Positions 47,985-60,339 are shown, counted from the stretch's first letter. The stretch is 64,000 nucleotides of DNA from an uncultured delta proteobacterium (GCA_963716725.1 CAVQUB010000006.1:1-64000), one strand, 5' to 3'. A program made the numbers and translations. Notes: generated by a model not told the origin, from the letters alone.

Positions 47985-49280
47985 ATGCCAGAAAGCATGC
48001 ACGCTCTCTCTTCGGTCTCCAATCGCGAGCTTCGCGAGCGCCTCTCCTCCGCCGTGAGCGCCGAGCAGCTGGCTTCTGCCGACGTCATCTTCCACCTGGC
48101 GGAGCTCGACCGCCGAAAGCTCTACCTCGAGGACGCCTGCTCCTCACTCTTCGCGTACTGCGTGGAGCGGCTCGGCTACTCCGAGGACGGCGCGAGCAAG
48201 CGAGTCCGTGTCGCCCGCTTGGTTCTGCGTTTTCCCCAGGCCCTCGACGAGCTCGCGAGCGGCGCCATCCACCTGACCGGACTGTTCCTGCTCTCCGGGC
48301 ACCTCACGGAAGACAACGCCAATCGACTCATCGCCGAGGCTCGCGGCAAGTCGAAGCGGCAGCTCGAGGAGCTGCTCGCTCGGTGGGCGCCCCGGTCCGA
48401 CGTACCGGCGACCATCACCCCGAGCGGGCCCGAGCCAGCTCGAGCGGAGTTATCAACAATGTCCGGGACAGGTGGCTCCGAGCTGTCGGCGCCGCCGCCA
48501 TCGGCGCACCGTCCTCGTGTCGAGCCGCTCTCGGCCACGAGCTTCCGCGTGGAATTCACCGCCAGTGCCACGCTCCGCGACAAGCTCGAACACGCCCGGA
48601 ACCTCCTCAGCCACGCCGTGCCGAGCGGGGATCTCGCGACCCTGATCGAGCGAGCCATCGATCAGCTCATCGCCGTGGAGACGAAGCGCCGCGCGGGCGC
48701 GGGCCAGCCACGCAAGCGCCGTGAAACTCGCGCCGGCTCGCGCCACGTGCCGGTGGAGGTCCAGCGCGCGGTGCGGGAGCGGGATGGCAACCAGTGCACC
48801 TTCGTCGATGCCGAGGGACGCCGCTGCTCCGAAAATAGACCGTCCGGCCGGGCCGGAGGAGCGCCGTCCGCTGATGCGAACAGTCGCAAGGAGCCATCTC
48901 GAGTCAGGACGCTGAACACGAGTGGTTTCCTGACCATCGAGCACGTCGACCCGTACGCGATGGGAGGACCAACGACAGTGGATAACTGCTGCTTGCTTTG
49001 TTCGGCTCACAACGCCCACCGGGCGCGACAGGTCTACGGCGAGCAGCACGTCCGGAAGAAGGTCTCGGAGGCTCGCGCGGGCCGGGAAGCGAGCGGTGTG
49101 TCTGCGGGGACTGCGGCCGAGCTGAAGAGCGAAGTGTTCGAGAAGGTGCTGGCGGCTCTGCTTCACTCGGGGTTCAAGCGGCACGAGGCGCGGCGAGCCC
49201 TCGAACAGGTGCGCTCGCTCGGAGTCGAGCCGCAGCTCGAGCCAGTGCTGCGCGGAGCGCTGGCGGTACTCACTCCCTGA
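47985..49280 (+). CDS. HNH endonuclease with DUF222-like N-terminus and RuvA-C-like tail
   Basis: LAELDRRKLY..CSSLFAYC; RHVP..VRERDGNQC..EHVDPYAMGG..NCCLLCSAHN; ALLHSGFKRHEARRAL. Confidence 0.82.
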   Translation: MPESMHALSSVSNRELRERLSSAVSAEQLASADVIFHLAELDRRKLYLEDACSSLFAYCVERLGYSEDGASKRVRVARLVLRFPQALDELASGAIHLTGLFLLSGHLTEDNANRLIAEARGKSKRQLEELLARWAPRSDVPATITPSGPEPARAELSTMSGTGGSELSAPPPSAHRPRVEPLSATSFRVEFTASATLRDKLEHARNLLSHAVPSGDLATLIERAIDQLIAVETKRRAGAGQPRKRRETRAGSRHVPVEVQRAVRERDGNQCTFVDAEGRRCSENRPSGRAGGAPSADANSRKEPSRVRTLNTSGFLTIEHVDPYAMGGPTTVDNCCLLCSAHNAHRARQVYGEQHVRKKVSEARAGREASGVSAGTAAELKSEVFEKVLAALLHSGFKRHEARRALEQVRSLGVEPQLEPVLRGALAVLTP

Positions 49281-50885
49281 GACGGTTCGTGCACACCCCC
49301 GACCAAAGGGGGGGTGCACGGGATGCCGCCTTTGGTCCCGGCAGCGGCAGCGCCGTGGGCACGAATGCCGACGGGTAGAAGGCGCGCACTGCGGCCCGTC
49401 GGTGGCCGCCCCCCATCACGAGCGCGCTGGCGACGCATTCTCGCTCTGCTGCCCGCGCGCGATTGGATAGAAGTGTTCGTGATGAGCTCTTCACACTCAG
49501 ATCCGAAACGCGGCGCCCGACTTCGACAGGCCCATCGTGAGCAACTCGGCTGGGGGCGCATCGATCTGGACGCGCAGGTACCTCACGACCACCCCGTGCG
49601 TGCCATCGCCGCGGTGATCGACCGCCTGGACCTCTCGAAGCTCTACGCTCGCATCGATGCACGCGACTCGAACCCCGGAGCGCCGGCCATCGACCCCAAG
49701 CTCTTGCTCAGCCTGTGGGTGTACGCCACCAGCGACGGCGAGAACAGCGCTCGGGAGATCCAGCGCCTGACCGAGCTGCACGCCGCCTATCGGTGGCTGT
49801 GCGGCGGGGTGAGGCTCAACCACCACACGCTCAGCGACTTTCGCAGCCACAACGCCGAGGTGTTCGACGACCTGATCACGCAGGTGCTGGCCTTGCTCAT
49901 GAGCCACGACCTGGTGGACCTCATGCGTGTCGCGCAGGACGGCACGCGCGTACGGGCCAGCGCCGGAGCGTGTTCTTTTCGCAAGGGCACCACGCTGGAG
50001 GCTCTGCGCCAGGAAGCTCGTGCACATCTGGCCGCGGTCACGGCAGACACCGAGAGCGGCTCGCGGCGAGCCGCGGCGCAGAAGCGTGCGGCCCAGGATC
50101 GCCTGGACCGGCTCGACGCGGCGCTCGCGCAGTTGCCCGGGGTCACGAAGACCAAGAGCAAGAGCGGCGCCAAGGACCCGACCCCTCGAGTGTCGACGAC
50201 CGATCCGCAGGCACGGGTGATGAAGATGGGCGACGGAGGATTCCGGCCCGCCTACAACGTGCAGCTCGCCACGACCGCCGACGACGCGCGGGTCATCGTC
50301 GGTGTCGCCGTCACCCACCGCGGCAGCGACATGGGCGAATCGACTCCGATGCTCGAGCAGATCGAGAAGCGGACGGGCGTCCGGCCACTAGAGCTCCTCG
50401 TCGATGGGGGATACGCGAAGCATGAAGCCATCGACGAAGCGGCCGCGCGCAACGTCACCGTCTACGCTCCGCTGCCCAAGCCCCGCGACGACGACGGCTC
50501 TGACCCTCACCGGCCGAGGGATACCGACAGCGCAGCCGTTGCCGCCTGGAGACAGCGCATGGCCACCGACGAGGCCAAGCAGATCTACCGGCAACGGGCC
50601 GCGACCGCCGAGACCGTCCACGCGGACGCCAAAACGCACCGCGGGCTCGACTCGCTGACCCTGCGGGGACTCGACAAGGCACTGGCCAGCGTGACGCTCT
50701 TCGCGCTCACCTACGACATCCTGCGCGCCATCACACTCGGCGTCTGACCCCGCCACCGCTCTGCTTCCGCGCTCGGACCACCCGAATCGCGTCGCGCCCC
50801 ACGCGCTCCCGCCCTGCGCCTGGGACTCGCCCTCGCTCGATTTCCCGGCGGCGCACGCTCAACCGATTTCTTCTCACCCTCTCAG
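49277..50885 (+). mobile_element. IS1182-family insertion sequence; ends approximate
   Basis: Transposase flanked by CTGAGA (49277) and TCTCAG (50880-50885); the left end abuts the HNH stop codon. Confidence 0.7.
49482..50747 (+). CDS. IS1182-family transposase
   Basis: HPVRAI..GAPAIDPKLLLSLWVY..AYRWLCGG..HHTLSDFR, QDGTRVRASA, STTDPQARVM, YNVQ, DGGY, YRQR..AETV. Confidence 0.92.
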   Translation: MSSSHSDPKRGARLRQAHREQLGWGRIDLDAQVPHDHPVRAIAAVIDRLDLSKLYARIDARDSNPGAPAIDPKLLLSLWVYATSDGENSAREIQRLTELHAAYRWLCGGVRLNHHTLSDFRSHNAEVFDDLITQVLALLMSHDLVDLMRVAQDGTRVRASAGACSFRKGTTLEALRQEARAHLAAVTADTESGSRRAAAQKRAAQDRLDRLDAALAQLPGVTKTKSKSGAKDPTPRVSTTDPQARVMKMGDGGFRPAYNVQLATTADDARVIVGVAVTHRGSDMGESTPMLEQIEKRTGVRPLELLVDGGYAKHEAIDEAAARNVTVYAPLPKPRDDDGSDPHRPRDTDSAAVAAWRQRMATDEAKQIYRQRAATAETVHADAKTHRGLDSLTLRGLDKALASVTLFALTYDILRAITLGV

Positions 50886-50908
50886 TCGGTCAGTCCAACG
50901 CCCCTCGC

Positions 50909-52747
<1,839 letters not shown>

Positions 52748-52864
52748 TCTGCCCCCGCTCGATCACCAGACCCGCACATTGAGGAAGGCCCAGAAGAGCA
52801 TGCCCGCCCGGGGAATCAAGCCGCCCGCGGGAAGTCCGCTGTTTTGCGCCTAGACTGGGGCCAC

Positions 52865-53734
52865 ATGTCCTCGAAGCTCGAGCGCATCGGGCGCCTATCC
52901 GTGAACGACCACACCCGCGACGTCATGGGCATGCGCTACGTGTATCCCGTCGTGTCGCGCCGGGCGGGGGGCGTGAGCGTCGGCGTCAACCTCAACCCGA
53001 ACAACGCCTGCAACTGGCGCTGCGTCTACTGCCAGGTCCCGGAGCTGGGCTTCGGCAAGGGTCCGCCCATCGACCTCGATCTGCTCGCGGTCGAGCTCCA
53101 CGAGATGCTCGACGCCGTCGTGAACGGCGACTTCCTGGAGCGGGCGGCGCCGGACGGCGCCCGGCGCCTCAACGACGTCGCGTTCTCGGGCAACGGCGAG
53201 CCGACCACCTCGCCCGACTTCGCGGCCTCGGTCGAGGTGGTGGCGAAGTCGCTGGAGACCTTCGCGCTGCTCGGCAACATCAAGGTAGTCCTGATCACCA
53301 ACGGATCGATGCTGGGCAAGCCCGAGCTCGAGGTCACGCTGCGCCGCCTGGCGGAGATCGGCGGAGAGGTTTGGTTCAAGCTCGACAGCGCGACCGCTGA
53401 AGGCGCGCTCCGCATCAACAGCTGTCACGCGAGTCCAGAGGAGCACCTGGACAAACTGCGACACGCCGCCCGCGCGTGCCCAACCTGGATCCAAACCTGC
53501 TGGTTTCGCTGGAGCGGCGCGGCCCCGTGCGAGTCCGAGCAGGCAGCCTACCTGGCGGCCTTGACGCGTCTGAAGGGCGAAGGCGTGCCCATCGCCGGAG
53601 TGCATCTCTACTCGCTGGCGCGCCCGTCGTTTCAGCCCGAAGCTCCGGAGCTCGCCGCCCTCGAGCCCGAGCTCTTGCGGGCCTTCGCCGCGCGCATCGA
53701 GGCCCTGGGCCTGACCGTGACGGTCAGCGCCTGA
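52865..53734 (+). CDS. Radical SAM protein
   Basis: YPVVSRRAGGVSVGVNL, CNWRCVYC, FSGNGEPT. Confidence 0.9.
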   Translation: MSSKLERIGRLSVNDHTRDVMGMRYVYPVVSRRAGGVSVGVNLNPNNACNWRCVYCQVPELGFGKGPPIDLDLLAVELHEMLDAVVNGDFLERAAPDGARRLNDVAFSGNGEPTTSPDFAASVEVVAKSLETFALLGNIKVVLITNGSMLGKPELEVTLRRLAEIGGEVWFKLDSATAEGALRINSCHASPEEHLDKLRHAARACPTWIQTCWFRWSGAAPCESEQAAYLAALTRLKGEGVPIAGVHLYSLARPSFQPEAPELAALEPELLRAFAARIEALGLTVTVSA

Positions 53735-54461
53735 GCGCGTCGTGGACCAGGCCCAGCGCGAGCACGCTGGCAACGTCGGCCGCCAGCACCCGAGCCCCGA
53801 AGCTGACCGGCGAGAATCCCGCTTGCGCCAGCAACTCTCGCTCGATGTCGACCCAACCGCCTTCGGGACCGACGGCGACGAGCACCCGGGCGTCAGCGCC
53901 GAGATCACCGCAAGCCGCCGCCACCCGAGGCAGCCGATCATCGACGTCCGCGAGCAAGCGTCGCTCGGCCTGCGGCAGTTCGTGCTCGACCAACTTTCGG
54001 AACGAGCGATGCAACGTGAGCAGGGGCATTCGTGTGTCGCGAGCCTGCACCAGCCCGGCGATCAGTCGAAGTCGGATGGCCTCGGGCTCGAGCTGGTGGC
54101 AGTCGAAGTAGTAACGCTCGACCTTCGCAGCGTTCGTGACCATCACTCGCCCGACGCCCACCGCCGCGAGCGCCGACAGGAGCCGAGCGAACACCTTTGG
54201 CCTCGGCATGGCGAGCACGAGATCGACGCGCGGCCGGGCGGGGACCGCCGCGCATCGGAGCGCTGAGGCGTCGAGCATCACCCGATCCGCGTGCACTTCG
54301 ACCACGCTGGCCAAGCCCAGCGGGCCGTCGACCACGCCCGCACGAACCGTCTGCCCGGGGACCACCCGCAGCACCTCGCGAAGGTGCCGCGCGCGCCCGT
54401 CGGCGAGCGTGACGGTGTCGCCGGCGTCGAGCTCGGCGGCGTCGAGCAAGAGCAGGTTCAC
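53724..54461 (-). CDS. rsmE: 16S rRNA m3U1498 methyltransferase
   Basis: RHLREVLR..VAVGPEGGW..FGARVLAADVA. Confidence 0.88.
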   Translation of the reverse strand: MNLLLLDAAELDAGDTVTLADGRARHLREVLRVVPGQTVRAGVVDGPLGLASVVEVHADRVMLDASALRCAAVPARPRVDLVLAMPRPKVFARLLSALAAVGVGRVMVTNAAKVERYYFDCHQLEPEAIRLRLIAGLVQARDTRMPLLTLHRSFRKLVEHELPQAERRLLADVDDRLPRVAAACGDLGADARVLVAVGPEGGWVDIERELLAQAGFSPVSFGARVLAADVASVLALGLVHDALRR

Positions 54462-57400
54462 AGCAAAGCTTCGCTGGCGTCCTTCGGGAGCTCGATGGCC
54501 TTGGACGAGATCTGGAAGTCCTTGCCGTTCCAGACCGCGTCGTGGCGCTCGAGCTTCACTGGCGCATCCTTCTTGGCGCTGCGCAGTCGCGCCAAGAAGC
54601 TGGCGCGCTCTGCGTCGGCGCCCGTGAGCAGCACCGACGAGAGCCCAGCCTTGGCCGCGTCGGTGGTCTCTCCGAGTCCCATGTCCTTGTCGTCGACCCG
54701 AGTCACGATCACGAAATCGGCGGACAAGTCGTCCCAGGTCAGCAGCACCAGCCTGCCCGGACCGCTGAAGATCTGGAGCTCCTTGAGCTCGCGCTTCACG
54801 GCCGCAGGGTTCGTGCCGGCCGGCGGCTTCTCGATCAAGCGCGCCAGACGCGAGGCCGAGAGCATCCGGGCCCAGCGCCGAGGATCGGTGGGGCCGGGCG
54901 TACCTTGCGCGTTGGCGATCTTGCGCTCGAGACGCAGCGCCTCGTCCACGCGGCCCGCGCCCGCGGCGGCTGCGGCCAGCCTCAGCCACCCAAGCGCGTC
55001 GTCCTTCGCCGTTTCGGTCAGGGTGCGGTACTGCCGATAGGCCGGCTCGTACCAGCCGTGTCCCAGATAGATGTCGCCGAGCAGCCGGCGCGAGTCGATG
55101 CCGTCCGGATCGAACTCGACGATCTCCGAGTAGGTGCGCACGGCCTCGTCGGCCAGGCCCGCACGCGCGAGCGCGTCGCCGATCTGCCGCGCAATGCTCG
55201 GCGTGAGCAGACCTTGGTCACGGAGTCGCCGGCCCAGCACCACGGCTTCGTCCTTCTTGTCGGCTTCGACCAAGAGCTTGACCAGTCGCACGCCGCCGTT
55301 GGGATCTTCCGGAGCCTTGGCGATGGCCTCGCGCACGCGGTCGATGCGCTTGTTCACGTCGCCGATCTCGGAAAGCTCGAGGTCGAGCTTCGGCCAATCG
55401 ACCGCAATGCCGAAGAGCGCCCGCTCGACGGCCGCCACCAGACGCGGATCCACGGCGCGGCGCAGGATCAGCTTGGCCAAGAACTTCTGCACTTCGGGAC
55501 GCCCGGCGAAATGCGAGAGCACCAGGCTCGCCGAGGCCTCGCCGTCGACGCGCTTCTGCATCAGATCGAGGAAGGTGCGCTCGGCGCGCCAGTCGGACAG
55601 CTCGCACGACGCGGCGGCGGCTGCGTGGCGCTGCACGAGATCCGACGGGCTCCGAGTCGTCTTCAGGCGCTTCTGCCACAGGAGCACGCGCTGCGCGATG
55701 GGGCGCGCGGCGGCGTCGCTGCAGGTCTTCGGCAGCTCCACGTCGGACACGACCCGCTTGGCTTCCTCTTTCAACTTGGCGCCGTCTCGATCGTCTTTGT
55801 CCGTAGGGGCGAGCTTCTTGAGGCGCTCCGTCGTGGGCTTCGCGTCGAATTTTCCGGTCTTCTGACCCGCGCGATAGTCGTCCCCATCAGGCCGCATGCC
55901 CGCGGGTCGCGGCAGCGCACCGAGGCCGCCGCCACCGCGGCCCTTTCCGGCAAACGCCGGCAGCCCCTCGGCTTCGGCGGGCGCGGCGGCGGTAGGCGCA
56001 GCGACCACCGGCGACGGCGTGGTCGCCACCTCGGATTTCTCATCTGCCTGATTCTCCATGTCGGCGCCCTGCGCCTGCGCCGGCGACGGCGGCGCGGCCC
56101 TCACGCCTGGCGCTTGCGCCACGCTCTTGCTCTTGGCGGGAGCGGACTCGTTCTCGCTCGAGCCCGAGAGATCGAGCTTGCTACAGCCGAGTGGCATGAA
56201 GCCCGGTGGCAGGATCGCGGCGTGCCGCTCGGCCACCCGGCGTTCGGTGGCCGGATCGACGTCGAGCAGGCTCAGCTGTTTGCCTCTGAGCTTGCTGCGT
56301 TTGCGCTGGATGCCCATCTGGTAGTACGCGGCCTCGCTCTCGAGGGCGAGGATGCTGGTGAAGGGAGTCATCAGCCCGTACTCGAGGCCGAGCGCGACGA
56401 CGCGTCCACGCTCCGCCTCGGGGCCCTGGGCGCCGCCCAGCAAGCGCCGAACGTACTCGGCCGCCCACAGCCGCGGGACGAACTCCGCGATCACGCTCTT
56501 CTCGCGTTCGGCCTCGTACTCTTTCGAGAACTGCTCGCCGCCGATGCGTCCCTTGACCTTCACGCGCTTGGGCAAGTCGTGGTGCGTTCGGGCGAGCACC
56601 ACGACCTCTTGGCCGCGGCTGACCTTGCCGCTGGCGGTCGAGAAAGGCTCGTCGAGACCCGCTCCCAGATCGATCTCGAGATCGGTGATGGTCGGCACCT
56701 TCAGCGCGGCGGTCAGCTCGAGGGCACGCGCCGTGGTCTGCTCGGCCTCGTCCACGCGGAAGGCCGTCCCGCCCCCGGCGCGCGACAGCTCGCTCAGCAG
56801 CGGATGATTCGCCTCGGAGCCGACGCCGACGGTGAACAGGCGCGCTCGCGAAGTGCCGAGGGCTCGGCGCAGGCGCTCCACGATTTGCTCGCCGCTCAAC
56901 TCGCCGCTGGTCGCGACGCCGTCACCCACGTACACCACCGCGGGCTGCTCGGCGCCGTGCAGGCGCTGCAGCGACACGTCGAACATGGCAGAGAGGTCGG
57001 TGGCACCTCCCGCGGAGTACCCCGCGAGCGCCTCCAACGCCTTGGCGATCTCGCCGTCGCTGGCGGCCGCCATGCCGTCTTTGGGGTGCAGCACGGTCGG
57101 CTGCACGTCGAGGGCGACCAGCGCAAAGCGGTCGTCGTCCGAGAGCGCCCGCAAGATGGATTCCGCCGCCGCCGTCTTGAGCTGCCGTGACGCCTCGTCT
57201 CCCGCCGCAGACGTGTCCACGACCACGACCACGTCGCCGCGCTGCTGCTTCACGCCTTTCCAGTCGAGATCGGGCGTGTAGCGCACCATGACGTAGTCGG
57301 CGCTCTCACCGTCAGCCTTGTAGCGCGAGACCGCCAGGGGCGGCCGGCGCTCGGGCAGGGTCGCTTCGAGCTGGAAGTCGGCCCGCGGCGTGTAGCCGCT

Positions 57401-58639
57401 GCGGCGCATGGTCACGCTCTTGCCGTTGCCTTCGACTCGGGCGTCCGCCAAAGTCGAGAGCTTCATCTTCGGTCCGCCCTCGCCCAAATCGACCCGCAGC
57501 GAGAACTCGCCGATGCGGACCGGATCTCCGCGGCCCATGGGGAAGACGTAGCTCAGCTTGCCGTCGTTGGACGGGTTGATCTGCACGTAACGCAGGACCA
57601 CGCGGCGGGCGCCGCCGGCGGGCACGGGGTAGATGCGCGCGCGGTAGCTGCGGGCGTCCACCCACTCGAGGATGGCCGGCGAGTGCCCCGAGCTCTTCGC
57701 CGCGCCGTACTGCGCCGCGGCCTCTTTCGACTCGATGAACTCGCCCTCGACCAAGACGCCGTTGGTCTCGAGGGCGAAGCTCGTGACGCTCGCGTCGTCG
57801 GGCACCGTGAACCAGTACCAGCCCTCGACGTCGCGCTCGCCGGGATTGAAGAACGACTGATCGACCTCGGTCTCGCTCAGCCCCTCGCGGACCACCGCGC
57901 GCACACTCTGCCGCGCCACCTCGAGACGCCGGGCCGGACTGCCGGCCACCGCACCAACGTCCACGCCGTAGATGGTCCCGGAGCCCGCTCCAGGCACTCC
58001 CGTCCCTGAGGCAAAGTCCGCCATGCCGCCGGTCCAGTCTTCCCAGAACGCGAGGGCAGCGACCACGGGCGCCGCGTCGGCCTTCACCGTCGCCTGCTCG
58101 CCGGCCTTCACCTCTGCGCGGCCGCCTTTGCCCGTGACCGTGGCCATGCCGCGCGCCACGTAGATGCTCGCGTCGGCGCCGTCCCGCCGGATCGCCACCC
58201 CGGTTTCGGCCGCGGTCACCGCTGTGCCCGCCACCTGGTGCACCATGGGCTTGCGATCCGTCGGCGGTGCGTCGAGAAAATATTCGCCCTGCTCGAGCAC
58301 CACGGACTCGGCACCGAGGGCGATGCTGCTCTCGGAGCGCATGAACAGGCGTGAGCCATCGGGCAGCCTCACCAGCGCGCGCGCGCCTTTCTGGGTCGAG
58401 ATCTTCGCGTCGGAGAGCAGCGGCGTCCCACTCACGGCTCGCGCCGGTCCCTGCCCCAGATCCACGCTGACCTCACCGGCCGCGAGCTCGAGCCGAGCCT
58501 GAATCGGCAACGCCTTGCTGGGTGGCGCTTTCTTCAACGCCACCGCCAACAGCGCGGCAACGAACAACGCGAGCCCGAGCAGCGCCAGCACGAGCCTGGT
58601 GATGGTGCGCGCGCGCGCCGATTTGAGATTCTCGCTCAT
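54458..58639 (-). CDS. Membrane-anchored FecR-like / VIT / vWA / TPR protein
   Basis: TM helix, FecR-like ALVRLPDGSRL, VIT TEVDQSFFNP..EGWYWF, vWA VVVVDTS..GATDL..GDG, GLMTPFTS, TPR tail. Confidence 0.82.
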   Translation of the reverse strand: MSENLKSARARTITRLVLALLGLALFVAALLAVALKKAPPSKALPIQARLELAAGEVSVDLGQGPARAVSGTPLLSDAKISTQKGARALVRLPDGSRLFMRSESSIALGAESVVLEQGEYFLDAPPTDRKPMVHQVAGTAVTAAETGVAIRRDGADASIYVARGMATVTGKGGRAEVKAGEQATVKADAAPVVAALAFWEDWTGGMADFASGTGVPGAGSGTIYGVDVGAVAGSPARRLEVARQSVRAVVREGLSETEVDQSFFNPGERDVEGWYWFTVPDDASVTSFALETNGVLVEGEFIESKEAAAQYGAAKSSGHSPAILEWVDARSYRARIYPVPAGGARRVVLRYVQINPSNDGKLSYVFPMGRGDPVRIGEFSLRVDLGEGGPKMKLSTLADARVEGNGKSVTMRRSGYTPRADFQLEATLPERRPPLAVSRYKADGESADYVMVRYTPDLDWKGVKQQRGDVVVVVDTSAAGDEASRQLKTAAAESILRALSDDDRFALVALDVQPTVLHPKDGMAAASDGEIAKALEALAGYSAGGATDLSAMFDVSLQRLHGAEQPAVVYVGDGVATSGELSGEQIVERLRRALGTSRARLFTVGVGSEANHPLLSELSRAGGGTAFRVDEAEQTTARALELTAALKVPTITDLEIDLGAGLDEPFSTASGKVSRGQEVVVLARTHHDLPKRVKVKGRIGGEQFSKEYEAEREKSVIAEFVPRLWAAEYVRRLLGGAQGPEAERGRVVALGLEYGLMTPFTSILALESEAAYYQMGIQRKRSKLRGKQLSLLDVDPATERRVAERHAAILPPGFMPLGCSKLDLSGSSENESAPAKSKSVAQAPGVRAAPPSPAQAQGADMENQADEKSEVATTPSPVVAAPTAAAPAEAEGLPAFAGKGRGGGGLGALPRPAGMRPDGDDYRAGQKTGKFDAKPTTERLKKLAPTDKDDRDGAKLKEEAKRVVSDVELPKTCSDAAARPIAQRVLLWQKRLKTTRSPSDLVQRHAAAAASCELSDWRAERTFLDLMQKRVDGEASASLVLSHFAGRPEVQKFLAKLILRRAVDPRLVAAVERALFGIAVDWPKLDLELSEIGDVNKRIDRVREAIAKAPEDPNGGVRLVKLLVEADKKDEAVVLGRRLRDQGLLTPSIARQIGDALARAGLADEAVRTYSEIVEFDPDGIDSRRLLGDIYLGHGWYEPAYRQYRTLTETAKDDALGWLRLAAAAAGAGRVDEALRLERKIANAQGTPGPTDPRRWARMLSASRLARLIEKPPAGTNPAAVKRELKELQIFSGPGRLVLLTWDDLSADFVIVTRVDDKDMGLGETTDAAKAGLSSVLLTGADAERASFLARLRSAKKDAPVKLERHDAVWNGKDFQISSKAIELPKDASEALL

Positions 58640-58762
58640 GGTTTCCTCCGCCTGTTTCTACCAGGCGTCCCTGTGACGGGATGTTCCTGCGCCTGGGCCG
58701 GTTTCACAAGTCAAGGTCGAGATTCTTTGCCTGGACCGGCCGGGCGCGGATCTCTGAGAGTT

Positions 58763-60259
58763 CTAGAAGGCGAAGTCGAGCGCTCGAGTGGCGTTGGCGC
58801 GGACCTGCGCCTTGGCCTTACGCTGCGCCGCCGCGGGGTCGCCGCCCTGCGCAGCCGGCGGCGCGAGCCCGCGTTCAGCCTTGCCGAGGGCGGCCGACTG
58901 GTCCGCGAAGTCCTTTTCGAGGCCGGGCTTGGCCGGCGCCGGTGCGCGCCCCAGCGCCCGAGTGCGCTCCCGGCCGAGGGCATCCAGCTGCGAACGGAGC
59001 TTCTGGCGCGCTTCCTCGGGCCGGCCCGCGGCGTAGAGCTCGTTGACCTCGTTCAGCACCGCGGAGGTCTGGCTGCGTTGCATGCGTGCGAGCACCACGG
59101 GATCGAGCTCGCTGACGCTCTCCGGGTCGTCGACGTAGAGCGCGCTCAGCTTGCCCTGGCTGCCCTCGTGAAGCCCCGCGCTCGATCCCTTTGCCAGCTC
59201 GTCGTAGGCCAGCCTCACCTCCGCAATGGGCCGTTCTCCGCTCGCTCCGCGCGGCACGCGCAGGGCGATGAGCAGCGTCTTTTCTTCGCCGGAGCTGAAG
59301 CTGCCGAGGGGAACGAAGATCTGGTTGCCCTCCCGGCGGAAGGTGCGGTCGAAGACGCGTTCGGCGTCGACACCCGGGGCGAGCGCGATGGCCACCTCGG
59401 CGTTCTTCGCGATGGACTTCGCCAGCGTCTCGAGTTCTTGGTCGAAGACGCGGGGCAGATCGCCGGCGTTCTCGACGAAGTGATGCCGACCATTGGACTC
59501 GATGGCCAGCACGTTCATCACGCGCTCGTTGTACTCGACGTCGACTCCCACGCTGCTGATGCTCGCTCCCATGTTGCGGATGCGCGCGCCCAGCGCGCGG
59601 AAGCCCTCCAGATCTCGCACTCCTGTCGTGGGCTCGCCGTCCGAGAGCAGCAAGATCCGATCGAGCATCCCGCTCCGCTGCCGGAGCTGAGCCATGCCTT
59701 CGTCGAGCCCGCAGGAGATACAGGTGTCGCCTTGGGGCGTGATGCCCGCGAGGGCGGAGCTGACCCGATCGCGCGACGAGGAATCCACCGTGGTGGGCGC
59801 GACCAGCACCTCGGCGCTTTGGTTGTAGGCGATCAGGCTCACGACGTCTCCATCGCGGAGTCTCCGGACCATGCCCCGGGCTCCGTCGATGGCGTTCTGG
59901 ATCCGCTGGCCCTTCATCGAACCCGAACGATCGACCACGATGGCCAGGTTGAGCGGCGACGGCGCGAATGGAGCGTCGGCCTCGTCGGCGGTCACGTTGA
60001 CCAGCAGCAGCGTCGAGTTGTCGGTGTCTGCCAAGAGCTTGGCGTGACCGAGCCGCCCCTCGAGGGCCAGGGTTCGACCGCTGCTGAAGGACGCTCCCGA
60101 GTGGGGTTGGTCGATGGGTCGTCGGATGGGCTGCGGCGCGTCGGAGGGCAGCTCCGAGCCGACCTCGAGGGATCGGGCCGGATCCGTCAGGGACCATACG
60201 GACACGCTCGAGAGCAGCATGCCAGCGCCCGCGAGGGCTGCGACGCTCTTCACCTTCAT
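58763..60259 (-). CDS. Exported vWA-domain protein (YfbK-like)
   Basis: LNLAIVVDRSGSM, GDT, LLLSDG, GVDVEYNE. Confidence 0.88.
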   Translation of the reverse strand: MKVKSVAALAGAGMLLSSVSVWSLTDPARSLEVGSELPSDAPQPIRRPIDQPHSGASFSSGRTLALEGRLGHAKLLADTDNSTLLLVNVTADEADAPFAPSPLNLAIVVDRSGSMKGQRIQNAIDGARGMVRRLRDGDVVSLIAYNQSAEVLVAPTTVDSSSRDRVSSALAGITPQGDTCISCGLDEGMAQLRQRSGMLDRILLLSDGEPTTGVRDLEGFRALGARIRNMGASISSVGVDVEYNERVMNVLAIESNGRHHFVENAGDLPRVFDQELETLAKSIAKNAEVAIALAPGVDAERVFDRTFRREGNQIFVPLGSFSSGEEKTLLIALRVPRGASGERPIAEVRLAYDELAKGSSAGLHEGSQGKLSALYVDDPESVSELDPVVLARMQRSQTSAVLNEVNELYAAGRPEEARQKLRSQLDALGRERTRALGRAPAPAKPGLEKDFADQSAALGKAERGLAPPAAQGGDPAAAQRKAKAQVRANATRALDFAF

Positions 60260-60339
60260 CTGCGATCCTTCCGAGAACGGCCCCGAGGACCGGGCCTTAC
60301 ACTCTGGTCCCTGGTGACGTGCGAGCCGCCGGATGGATC

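Noticed and set aside
52865..53734. Radical SAM as a RiPP maturase
   Set aside because: No SPASM Cys cluster and no adjacent precursor peptide or transporter.
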